The notes under the pieces: generated by a model | Seen by the model: only the letters and a program-made list of their open reading frames with translations | Told to the model about the DNA's origin: nothing | Database searches by the model: none | Part shown: piece by piece, positions 33,271-42,504 of the stretch | How the letters are laid out: the number at the start of each line of letters is the position of its first letter | Numbering within the stretch: position 1 is the stretch's first letter | Made by a program: the position numbers and the translations under genes | Assembly: GCA_963717035.1 (NCBI GenBank) | Contig: CAVQVK010000051.1 | Span: forward strand, 70,685 to 134,684 | DNA: 64,000 nucleotides | From: an uncultured Acidimicrobiaceae bacterium | GTDB lineage: Bacteria; Actinomycetota; Acidimicrobiia; Acidimicrobiales; RAAP-2 | Direction of reading: 5' to 3'

Positions 33271-33674
33271 GAGACGGCGGTGACGCCTTCCACCTGGCCA
33301 TCCCGGCCTATGACCTGGCCGAGTCGGAGCATTTCTATGTCGATCTGCTCGGTTGCAAGCTGGCCCGGCGCTACCAGGACCGCATCACCCTCGACTTCTT
33401 CGGTGATCAGGTGGTGTGCCACCTGACCGACCGGCCGGCGGACACCGGAGGCGAGCTGGACCTGTACCCGCGGCATTTCGGGGTGACCTTCCGGCGGGGC
33501 CGGGACTTCGACGCCGTCCATCGATTGTGCGTCCAGCGGGAGGTCCCCGTGTTCCGACAGGTCTCAACCCGGTTCGAAGGGAAGGCCGAGGTGCACCGAA
33601 CCTTCGTGGTTCGAGACCCATCGGACAACCTCATCGAGTTCAAGCACTACGCCGATCCCCGGATGATGTACTGA
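33267..33674 (+). CDS. VOC (glyoxalase/bleomycin-resistance/dioxygenase) family protein
   Basis: Intact 135 aa. The GTG overlaps the comA stop (GTGA). FHLAIPAYDLAESEHFYVDLLGC...RHFGV...DPSDNLIEF. Confidence 0.6.
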   Translation: MRDGGDAFHLAIPAYDLAESEHFYVDLLGCKLARRYQDRITLDFFGDQVVCHLTDRPADTGGELDLYPRHFGVTFRRGRDFDAVHRLCVQREVPVFRQVSTRFEGKAEVHRTFVVRDPSDNLIEFKHYADPRMMY

Positions 33675-33675
33675 T

Positions 33676-35277
33676 ATGTCCGTCGACAGCCAACTGCGCC
33701 GGCGGCCGACCACGACCGCACCCGGGAACGCCATCGCCGAGTTGGTCCGGTCCCGGTCGCTGCTCTACGGCGATGCCGTCTATCTGACCGAGGCCAGAGG
33801 GTTCAGGCAGGTCTCGTTCCGCGACCTCGAGCATCGGGTGGCCTCCCGGATCGCCGGGCTCGACGATCGAGCTGTGGCCGCGGACGCAACGGTGGGCATC
33901 GCCGTCGCCGACCCTCTTGAGTTCGCGGTGCTCTTCCTGGCCGTCATGGCCTCTGGTCGCTGGGTGGCCCCCCTCGACCCGAGCAGTTCGCCCGAAGCCA
34001 TCGCCACTGCCGTATCCCGCCTCGAGATCGCCCTCATGGTGTCCGACGGCGGGCCCCGGGTCACCCCCGACCTCGACTGGACCGACGCCGGGGGAGACCC
34101 TCGCTCGTGTGCGCCGGTGCCCATCGAGCGTGCGCTCGAGGAAGGGGCCCTGAGCCCCGCCGGAATGGGAGGCGCCCTCCTGGCCTCGTCGGGAACCACG
34201 GGAGTGCCCAAGGTGGTCCCCGTCTATCAGGGCCGTCTGCTCCACGCCGCCCGTGCCGTCGCCACCCATCACCGTCTCTCGCCCGGGGACACGGGGTTCA
34301 ACCCCCTCCCCCTGTTCCACATCAATGCCGAGGTGGTCGGGTTGCTGGCCGGCCTGGTGGCCGGGTCCAACCTGGTGCTCGACGACCGGTTCCATCGGAC
34401 CGGGTTCTGGGCGTTGATGGCCCGCCACGACGTGACGTGGATCAACGCCGTCCCCGCCATCATCTCCTATCTGGCTGATCCCGATTCCGACGAGGCCGTT
34501 CCACCCGGGATCCGGTTCGTCCGCTCAGCATCAGCCCCCCTGCCGGCGGCCACCCTGTGCCGGTTCGAGGCCAACACGGGCATCCCCGTGCTCGAGACCT
34601 ACGGCATGACCGAGGCGGCCAGCCAGATTGCAGCCAACCCGCTGACCGGAACACGAAAGCCCGGTTCGGTGGGACGGCCGGTTGGCGTCGAGCTGCGGAT
34701 CTCCTCTGACGAGGGTCCAGACACACCGGCGGGGGGTGCGATCGAGCGAGCCCCGATCGACTCCGCACGCCCGGGCCACGTCGAGATCCGAGGGCCGTCG
34801 GTCATCACCGCCTACGGCGGCAACGGCCACCGCGACAAGTTCACCGACGATGGCTGGCTGAGAACCGGAGATCTGGGCTTCTTCGACGACGACGGCTATC
34901 TCTATCTGGTCGGGCGCACCGACGACGTGATCAACCGGGGTGGCGAGAAGGTCTACCCGAGAGACATCGAAGACGCCATCCTGGTCGACGCCGACGTCGC
35001 CGCCGCCGCGGTGGTTGGCGGCGACGACGCAGTGCTCGGCCAGGTGCCGGTGGCCTTCCTGGCGCTGAAGAACGGTGTCGATGTCGCTCACGCCGATACC
35101 GTCGCGTACATCGTGAACCGGATACGCAAGCACCTCGATGCCACGTTGGTACGCAGCCAGCAGCCGGTAGCCGTGCACGTGGTCGAGCGATTGCCGACCG
35201 GAGCCAACGGGAAGGTGCAGCGGCGGTCCCTCCGCCAGCAGCGGCCCCCGACCCTGTTCAGCCTCGACTGCCGATGA
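33676..35277 (+). CDS. Adenylate-forming enzyme (AMP-dependent synthetase/ligase, ANL superfamily)
   Basis: Intact 533 aa. SSGTTGVPKVV, YGMTEA, TGDLG..D.DGYLYLVGRTDD.INRGGEKV.P.DIE and the C-terminal catalytic GK. Confidence 0.85.
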   Translation: MSVDSQLRRRPTTTAPGNAIAELVRSRSLLYGDAVYLTEARGFRQVSFRDLEHRVASRIAGLDDRAVAADATVGIAVADPLEFAVLFLAVMASGRWVAPLDPSSSPEAIATAVSRLEIALMVSDGGPRVTPDLDWTDAGGDPRSCAPVPIERALEEGALSPAGMGGALLASSGTTGVPKVVPVYQGRLLHAARAVATHHRLSPGDTGFNPLPLFHINAEVVGLLAGLVAGSNLVLDDRFHRTGFWALMARHDVTWINAVPAIISYLADPDSDEAVPPGIRFVRSASAPLPAATLCRFEANTGIPVLETYGMTEAASQIAANPLTGTRKPGSVGRPVGVELRISSDEGPDTPAGGAIERAPIDSARPGHVEIRGPSVITAYGGNGHRDKFTDDGWLRTGDLGFFDDDGYLYLVGRTDDVINRGGEKVYPRDIEDAILVDADVAAAAVVGGDDAVLGQVPVAFLALKNGVDVAHADTVAYIVNRIRKHLDATLVRSQQPVAVHVVERLPTGANGKVQRRSLRQQRPPTLFSLDCR

Positions 35278-36611
35278 CCGCTCTATTGCCGATGACCGCA
35301 AGCGTCGACGCCCTCATCGATGTCGACGATGCCAGCGCGGCACCCGCACCCGACCGCCCACCGCGCTCGACGCCGCCCGACCACGATGCTCCGGTCACCC
35401 CCGAACCCGCGGCCGCAACAGGCACCCGCAAGCGCCTCGATCACATCGACGCCATGAGGCCGGTGAAGCAGGCCGGCGTGATCGGGACTCACACCCTGCT
35501 GGCCTTTGCCCCGGTGGCCGCCACCGTCGCCGCCGGCGCGTCGCTGATGTTGTTGCACGTGACCCGCGAGGCCTTCTTGTTCGTGTCGGCCTGCATGCTC
35601 ACCTTCAGCTACGGCCAGACCAAGCGCATGGACCCGGGCCCGTTCTTCCGGCGCCGGTTCTGGTCAGTGGGCGTGCCCTACCTGTGCTGGACGCTCATCT
35701 ACTTCCTCTTCTTGCTCCCCACCACCTACCAGAGCCTGCCCACTGCCCTGGGGCACCTCGGCTACCTGATGGCCACCGGCTACTACCAGCTCTACTACCT
35801 GATCGTGGTGGCCCAGTTCTACGTGGTGTTCCCGCTGCTGTTGCTGCTCGTCCGGCGCACCAAGGGTCACCATCGCGCCCTGTTGGCTGTCAGCGGTGTG
35901 ACGCAGCTGCTCACCGTGAGCCTGATGCACTGGAACCTGCTGCCGCCGGACATGCGCGGGTTCTGGGCCAGCCGCGAGATCACCTCGTACCAGTTCTACC
36001 TGATCGCCGGCATGGTGGTCGCCCTCCATCTCGATGCCGTGCACGCCTGGTTGACGAGCCACGTCCGCCTGGTCGTGGTCGCAACCTTGGCCAGCGCGGC
36101 GATCGCAGAGGCCTGGTACTACCTGGCCGCCGACAACGTGATCAGGTGGCTCGGATCGAGCTCGGACCCGTTTCAGCCGATCGTCATCCCCTTCAACATC
36201 GGGGCCATCGCCTGCATCTACCTGATCGGGGTGGCCCTGGTCGACCGGCATCGTTCTCATCGCTTCCGCGCCATCGTCCAGTCGGGATCTGACAACGCCT
36301 ACGGCATCTACCTGGCCCAGATGATCTTCATCACCCTGCTCGGCTGGCTGGGATGGCGGAACCTCGACAGCGTGTTGCCGTGGCCGCTCGTCGCCGTCGT
36401 CACCGTGGCCGTCGTGTTCGTCGCCTGCATCGCCCTCACCGCCGTCTTGGCCCGGACCCCGTGGTCCAAGGCGCTGACCGGGCGATCCCGGGCCTCGTGG
36501 CGGTCGTTGCACCCGCGCCGAGACGCTCCAGCGGCTTCAGTCGGTGCCACCCCTGCCTCCGGCGCCCGGACATCAGTGTCGAAGGGCGACAGCCCGCTGG
36601 AACCGGCGTGA
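35274..36611 (+). CDS. Acyltransferase family 3 (AT3) integral membrane O-acyltransferase
   Basis: Intact 445 aa; the ATG overlaps the ligase stop (ATGA). RLDHIDAMRPVKQAGVIGTH motif and about 10 TM segments. Confidence 0.75.
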   Translation: MTALLPMTASVDALIDVDDASAAPAPDRPPRSTPPDHDAPVTPEPAAATGTRKRLDHIDAMRPVKQAGVIGTHTLLAFAPVAATVAAGASLMLLHVTREAFLFVSACMLTFSYGQTKRMDPGPFFRRRFWSVGVPYLCWTLIYFLFLLPTTYQSLPTALGHLGYLMATGYYQLYYLIVVAQFYVVFPLLLLLVRRTKGHHRALLAVSGVTQLLTVSLMHWNLLPPDMRGFWASREITSYQFYLIAGMVVALHLDAVHAWLTSHVRLVVVATLASAAIAEAWYYLAADNVIRWLGSSSDPFQPIVIPFNIGAIACIYLIGVALVDRHRSHRFRAIVQSGSDNAYGIYLAQMIFITLLGWLGWRNLDSVLPWPLVAVVTVAVVFVACIALTAVLARTPWSKALTGRSRASWRSLHPRRDAPAASVGATPASGARTSVSKGDSPLEPA

Positions 36612-36617
36612 ATCCGA

Positions 36618-37505
36618 CTAGCCGCCGCCCAGGGCCGTCTCGATGGCCTGGCTGATGACTCGGTAGCCATCGGCGTTGGGGTGCTGGTTCGGCCCGTAGG
36701 GCCGTGCCGCGCACATCCAGGTGAGCGCACAGATGCGGGCCACGTTGCGCGGGACGATCCCCACCCCGTTCACGACGGTCGGCTCGGTGCTCGTCGTATT
36801 GAACGACCCGGCCACGTCAGCCATAGGGATCCCGTAGCTGGCGTAGATCGAGTGCAAGGACTGGTCGAGTTGGGAGAGGGCGCTGAGGCTGGCCGAGGCC
36901 AGCACCCGCCCGCCCGGACCGCGGAGGTAGGCCCCGAGGTACGGGTCATAGTGACCGATGCCGACGATCCGCAGCCCCGGACCACCGGCCGCCTGCAGCG
37001 CGGCGAGGATCTGGGGCAGCTGTTGGTCGACCAGCTGAATGGACTGGTCCACGCACGCCTGGTTGACCTGTCCGTGTCCGATGCAGGTCCGCAGGTTGTT
37101 GAACCCGAGGTCCACCGTGACCAGCACAGTGCTGTGGGAGTGGAGGAAAGCGACCGCAGTGGCCAGCTGGGTCCCCCCGGGATAGGTGCAGTGGCCGCCG
37201 CCCTCGAGCATGGTGGCCGTGGTCGCTCCGGGGCATCCGATCTGGGCCAGCTGGAGGTTGGGCCAGGTGGATTGCATCTCGTTGACCAGGTCGTCGGCAT
37301 AACCGGCTTCGGTCGGCTGGCCATGGGGTCGCGCCGCAGTGGGCTGAAAACCCACCGACGCCGACCCGCCGACATCCAGGTAGTACTGGGAACCGGTGGT
37401 GGCCGCGTCGGCTCTCCCGGGCATCCATGCTCCGCCCAGCAAGAGAGCGAGCCCCAGGGCTACGGCGAGTGGCAGTGTTCGCCACAGCCGTCGCGGTGGC
37501 TTCAT
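36618..37505 (-). CDS. Secreted SGNH/GDSL-like hydrolase
   Basis: Signal peptide MKPPRRLWRTLPLAVALGLALLLGGAWMPGRADA. Block I-like VGGSASVG. Block V-like QHPNADGYRVISQAI. Confidence 0.65.
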   Translation of the reverse strand: MKPPRRLWRTLPLAVALGLALLLGGAWMPGRADAATTGSQYYLDVGGSASVGFQPTAARPHGQPTEAGYADDLVNEMQSTWPNLQLAQIGCPGATTATMLEGGGHCTYPGGTQLATAVAFLHSHSTVLVTVDLGFNNLRTCIGHGQVNQACVDQSIQLVDQQLPQILAALQAAGGPGLRIVGIGHYDPYLGAYLRGPGGRVLASASLSALSQLDQSLHSIYASYGIPMADVAGSFNTTSTEPTVVNGVGIVPRNVARICALTWMCAARPYGPNQHPNADGYRVISQAIETALGGG

Positions 37506-37608
37506 TGAATATCTCCTACGTGGAAACCGGGGCCCGGGACGCGACCGACGTGGGCCGACCAGCTGGCTAATCGTACTTGATGACCGCCCACAGTCGGAGT
37601 CAGGCTCT

Positions 37609-38844
37609 TCAGCGAGAGGCGAGGAAATGCGCAACCTGGTCCGTTACGAACGAGATGTCGTCATCGGACATACCGTGATTGGACGGCAGGACGAGCCCAG
37701 CCTCCATGATCCGGTCTGACACTGGAAGCCCTCGAGCAGGAGATCGATAGCCAACTCCCTTCAGCATGGGCTGTCTCGTCGCATTGCCCGTCCAGACCGT
37801 CCTCGTTTCCACGCCGTGACCGTCGAGGAACTCCTGCATGGCCGGGCGATCGAAACCCGCGTCCGGTCGAATTGTCAACGGATAGCAGAGCCATGCCGTG
37901 TCAACCTCGGGCAACTGTCTCGGCACCACGAAGCGGTCCTGGTGCTGACCGAAGAACTCGTTGTAAAGACGGAAGTTCCTTTGTCGCCTGAGCTGATTGT
38001 CTGGAAGCTTCTTGAGCTGCTCGAGTCCGAACGCCGCCCCCATCTCGGACGGCTCGAAATTCCATGCCAGCTCATCGAAGATGAATTGGTTGTCATAGTT
38101 GATTCCGTCCAGGTCTTCCCAGAAGTTCCGATCCCGTCTCTTCGATCCAAAGAAGTGCAACTCCGACCGCCGCCCCCACCTTCGCAAGAGCAGCGCCCGG
38201 TCGCGGTCTGCTTGTTCGTTGACGAGGAGCATGCCGCCTCCGCCCCCACAGGTGATGATGTGCGATGAAGCGAAGCTGGTCACGCTGAAGTCGGATCGCG
38301 ATCCACTGGGGGTCCCTCTCAGGATGGCCCCCAGAGCGTCACACGAGTCCTCGATGACGGCGATCCCATGATGATCGGCGATTGTGCGGATGGCATCCCA
38401 ATCGGGAACGTTCCCAATTAGATTTGGGATGAGGAGAGCGCGGGTCCGGTCGGTGATCATCGCTTCGATCTGGCCCACATCGACTACGTACGTGTCCGGT
38501 TCGACATCGACGAAGACAGGAACGAGACCGGCTCTGACGATCGGGGCGATATCGGTTGAGAAGGTAACAGCTGAACCGATCACTTCGTCTCCCGGCTGCG
38601 CGCCTAGAAGTTCAACTGCCAGGTACAACGCCGAACTTCCGGAGTTCACCATGACTCCGGCATCCTTGCCAAAGAGAGCGGCGATCGCCCGCTCCATCGC
38701 ATTGACCCTCTTGCCAACCCACAATCCTCTGGGGTCCCGCAAAACCTCCACTACCGCATTGATCTCTGCTTCGTCGTGGACACTTGCTGCGTAGAACACT
38801 TGTCGAGGTGCAGTGCCCTCACCCATGCTGTCGTCCTCCCTCAT
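37609..38844 (-). CDS. DegT/DnrJ/EryC1-family PMP-dependent sugar 3-dehydratase-like protein (RfbH/E1/ColD type)
   Basis: Intact; alternative ATG at 38826. Aminotransferase fold motifs (NSGSSAL, IEDSCDALG). The Schiff-base lysine position reads His (SFASSHIITCGGGGG). NFWEDLDG...YDNQF block. Lower G+C by eye. Confidence 0.7.
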   Translation of the reverse strand: MREDDSMGEGTAPRQVFYAASVHDEAEINAVVEVLRDPRGLWVGKRVNAMERAIAALFGKDAGVMVNSGSSALYLAVELLGAQPGDEVIGSAVTFSTDIAPIVRAGLVPVFVDVEPDTYVVDVGQIEAMITDRTRALLIPNLIGNVPDWDAIRTIADHHGIAVIEDSCDALGAILRGTPSGSRSDFSVTSFASSHIITCGGGGGMLLVNEQADRDRALLLRRWGRRSELHFFGSKRRDRNFWEDLDGINYDNQFIFDELAWNFEPSEMGAAFGLEQLKKLPDNQLRRQRNFRLYNEFFGQHQDRFVVPRQLPEVDTAWLCYPLTIRPDAGFDRPAMQEFLDGHGVETRTVWTGNATRQPMLKGVGYRSPARGLPVSDRIMEAGLVLPSNHGMSDDDISFVTDQVAHFLASR

Positions 38845-39068
38845 AAGCGTTTGACGAGTCGTTGACGATGTTTGCGCTCCATGGCCCGAGGCGGCCCGAG
38901 CGCCGCTGCCGAGCGTCAGATGCGTGTTGATTATGGCCGAAGGAAGCATCGAAGCATCGCGCCAGCGGATCGGGCGTAGTCATGGGGTTCTGACGAGTAC
39001 CTGCCATGTTGAAGCCCCCCGCCCGGGGGGCCAGCGGGCCTGTAGCACCCTCTGGGTAGATTCTTCTG

Positions 39069-41871
39069 GTGCCCTCGATCCTGTCCGGCCCGCCTGAGCT
39101 CGGCCGCAGCGTCGTGGTGCTGCCCGGGGGCCCCGTTCCGACACCCTGGGAGGGCGCACCCCATCTCGTGGTCGACGCGGCGACGCTGGTGAGCCCTCGC
39201 CAAGCGGTCGACACGCTCCACGCGGCCTGGGCCGACCGCCGCACGATGGTCGTGGAGCTCGGCGTCGACACCGACCAGCTCCGGGCCCGACAGCGATGCG
39301 ACGAGCCGCCATACGCCCTGACGCCCGCCTTCGAGCTGGAGCTCGAGCGCCTTCAGTTCCTGGTCTGGGCCAATGCCTACGATGCCCGCAACGGCGAGCT
39401 CATCTGGTGGCACGGGCGCAAGGCCGCTCGCCGCTTCGCCGAAGAGGGTGTGGGCCTGGGCGGCGACGCCGACATCACACTGGCCGACGGCACCGCAGTC
39501 TTCATCGACGGCGGACCCTCCCATCCCCCGCAACTGGGATCGGGGCTCGAGGTCGTCCATCGATGGAACGCCGAGGCCGGTGTGCTCCGCTTCGCCCGAC
39601 ACGGAGCTCCCGGTCTCGCCGCGGCACGAGCCGACGGGGAGGGAGCCGACGGGGCCTCACCGGACCCAGGATCCGGCGCGGCGTTGGCCCCCGACCAGCT
39701 CGCCGCGGTGGTCCACGGCTCGGGACCGGCCAGGATCATCGCGCCGGCGGGGTCGGGCAAGACCCGGGTCCTGACCGAGCGGCTCCGCCACCTGGTGGCC
39801 GATCGGGGCGTCGACCCCGCCGCCGTGACCGTCCTGGCCTACAACGCCAAGGCCGCCGACGAGCTCCGGGACCGGTGCACCGACATCGTCACCGCCGGGG
39901 GCCCGGCCATCCGCACGCTCAACAGCATCGGGCTGTCCATCTGCAACCAAGCCGGAGGTCGCGACCGGCTCCGGGTCTTGGACGAGGTAGGGGCGCGGCG
40001 AGCTGGTGGGGTTGGTGTTCGAGATCAGGCACCGGGCCAACACCGACACCGTCGTGCCCTACCTCGAAGCACTGTCGGCCATCCGGCTCGGGCTGGTCGA
40101 CCCGGAACGAGCCGAGGAGGACTACCCCGATGCCACCGGCGTGGCCGAGGGGTTCGACCGCTACCGTGAGGCGCTGGTGGCGGCCCACTCCGTCGACTTC
40201 GACGAGCAGATCTTCCGGGCCATCGAGATCCTGTTGACCGACCCCGATGCCCGGGACCGGGCCCAAGAGCGGTGCCGGTACCTCTTGGTTGACGAGTTCC
40301 AGGACTTGAACCCCGCCCATCTCCTGCTCATCCGGCTCCTGAACGCCCCCGGCTTCGACTGCTTCGGGGTGGGGGACGACGACCAGGTCCTCTACGGATA
40401 CTCGGGCGCAACCCCGGAGTACCTGATCCACTACGACCGCTACTTCCCCGGTGCCGCCCACCATGCGCTGGAAGTGAACTACCGGTGCCCCCCGGTCGTG
40501 GTCGGCGCCGCGGACCATCTCCTCACCTACAACCGGGAGCGAGTGGTCAAGACGATCCGGGCGGCACCGGGGCGTACCTCCGAACCGGAAGGGCTCATCG
40601 TCCGAACGGCCACCGGCGAGCAACTGGCCTCGGTAGCCACGGACATCATCTCGGGCTGGCGGGAGGGCGGCGCGGAGCTGACCGACATGGCCGTGCTGAC
40701 TAGGGTCAACTCGGCACTGCTGCCCATCCAGGTGGCACTGAGCGAGGCGGGCGTTCCCTACGCATCCACCCTGACCGCCCGGGTGCTCGGGCGCACCGGG
40801 GTGCGCACCGCCTTCGCCTACCTGCGCATGGGGGTGAACCCGGAGCGGATCGCTCGTCGGGACATCGAGGACACCGTGCGCCGACCCTCCCGGGGCATCG
40901 CCCCCAACGTGGTCTCCATGTTGACCAAGCGATCCCACACGTCGGTCGAGGAGATCAGGCGACTGGCGGGAAGCCTTTCCGGCCGGGACGTCCCCAAGTT
41001 GTCGGCCTACGCCGACGACATCGAGCGCGTCGCCGCCGCCTGCGCCAAACCCACGGCGCTGGCCCTGCGCACCATCCGGGTCGAGCTCGGTCTGGGTGAG
41101 ACCATGGACGTCCTCGACGCTTCCCGGGACGAGCCCGACCGGTCCACCCACAACGACGATCTCCAAGCCCTCGAGTCGGTCGCCGCCTTCCACCCGGACG
41201 TCGCCACCTTCGCCACGTGGCTGCGCGGCGTACTCGAACGGCCGCACGCGGAAGGTCCCGCCATCTTGCTGTCCACCGTGCACCGCATCAAAGGTCGCGA
41301 GTGGGACCGGGTGATCGTCTTCGGGGCCTCATCCGACATGTTCCCCCACCGGCTGGCCGAGGACATCGAGGGCGAACGGCGGGTATTCCACGTCGCCCTC
41401 ACCCGAAGCAAGGTGCAAACGGTGGTGCTGGCTGACGCAACATCGCCATCGTTCTTCGTGGACGAGCTCGATGGGAGCAGGTCGCACGACCGCCCCGAGC
41501 GGCTCGCCCCACCGAAGCGCGCCGACGGCCCGGCGGGAGCAGCGGCCAAGAAGCCCAAAGCCGGTGACCGGTATCAGCCTGTCGAGGCCACCGCGGCCAG
41601 CGGCGACCTTCGGGCCTGGCGAACGGAGAAGGCCCGGGAGGCGGAGATGCCGCCATACGTGATTCTCAGCGATCGCCACCTGGAAGGCATCGTCGAGGCC
41701 GCCCCGACCACCTTGGCCGCGCTGGCCACCTGCAAGGGGATCGGCCCGATGAAACTGGAGCGGTGGGGCGACGAGATCCTGGCTGTGCTCGGCCGAGCCC
41801 GCGGGGCGACGGCAGCGACGCCTGAGCGGACGCCCTCCGTTGTGCGCACGGCGTGGGTTCCCGGCGTGTGA
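39069..41871 (+). CDS. UvrD/Rep-family helicase with a ~200-aa N-terminal domain of unknown function and a C-terminal HRDC-like domain (1 frameshift near 40000)
   Basis: APAGSGKTRVL (motif I), LLVDEFQD (II), VNYRCP (III), STVHRIKGREWDRVIV (V) and VALTRSK (VI). The tail LRAWR...AREAEMPPYVILSDRHLEGIVEAAPTTLAALATCKGIGPMKLERWGDEIL is HRDC-like. Confidence 0.8.
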
Positions 41872-41892
41872 TCCCGACGGACAAGGGATCCC

Positions 41893-42396
41893 TCAGCGGC
41901 CTTCCGATCCAACAGTGGACCCAACAGTGGACCCAACAGTGGACAGAGTGCGTTGGCGAGTCCACGTGCCCAGCACGATGAGGGTCTTGGTCCCCGTTAC
42001 CCGGCCACTACGGCGCAGCTGCTCGATGACCTGACCGAGCCGCTCGACGTCGGGCACCCGGATCCAGACCAAGGCGTCGGGGTCACCGGCCGTGGTGAAC
42101 ACGGCCTGGACCTCGGGCAGGCGGATGGCGGCGCTGCGGATCTCCCCCATGTCCGCGGTGCCGGCGAAACGCACCTCGGTGAAGGCCTGGATGGGGCGGC
42201 CGACTTTGGCGTGGTCGACGACCACGGTGTAGCCGGTGATCACCCCGGCCTGCTCCATCCGGTCGATCCGCCGCTTGACGGCCGAGGTGGACAGGGCCAC
42301 CCGCTCGGCGATGTCGCCCATCGTCCGCCGGGCATGCTCCTCGAGCAGCGCCAGGATCTCATGGTCCGTCCGGTCCAGCTCCACTTCGTCCTCCAC
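41893..42396 (-). CDS. Lrp/AsnC-family transcriptional regulator (BkdR-like by context)
   Basis: LDRTDHEILALLEEHARRTMGDIAERVALSTSAVKRRIDRMEQAGVI (HTH_AsnC) plus a RAM domain. GTG at 42396 with AGGTGG 7 nt upstream. The ORF-track ATG at 42447 would put AT-rich repeat DNA into the coding sequence. Confidence 0.8.
   Translation of the reverse strand: MEDEVELDRTDHEILALLEEHARRTMGDIAERVALSTSAVKRRIDRMEQAGVITGYTVVVDHAKVGRPIQAFTEVRFAGTADMGEIRSAAIRLPEVQAVFTTAGDPDALVWIRVPDVERLGQVIEQLRRSGRVTGTKTLIVLGTWTRQRTLSTVGSTVGSTVGSEGR
41909..41944. repeat. 12-bp tandem repeat x3 (CCAACAGTGGAC) within the 3' end of the lrp ORF
   Basis: Read directly. Encodes STVG-STVG-STVG at the extreme C-terminus of the Lrp-family protein. 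Confidence 0.9.
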
Positions 42397-42397
42397 C

Positions 42398-42504
42398 TGA
42401 TCACCACCTGTTCTGATCACCACTTTGATCACTACTTTCTTGATCACTATTTTTTGCGTCTTACGTACCTATTTCGTAATTCTATTGCGTCATTGAGGCA
42501 ATAG
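42398..42504. promoter_or_regulatory. Divergent lrp/ldh control region: four TGATCAC motifs plus a perfect 7-bp inverted repeat (CTATTGC-N9-GCAATAG)
   Basis: TGATCAC at 42398, 42414, 42426 and 42441. Inverted repeat at 42482-42504. Locally AT-rich in an otherwise G+C-rich window. The function is inferred only. Confidence 0.35.
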
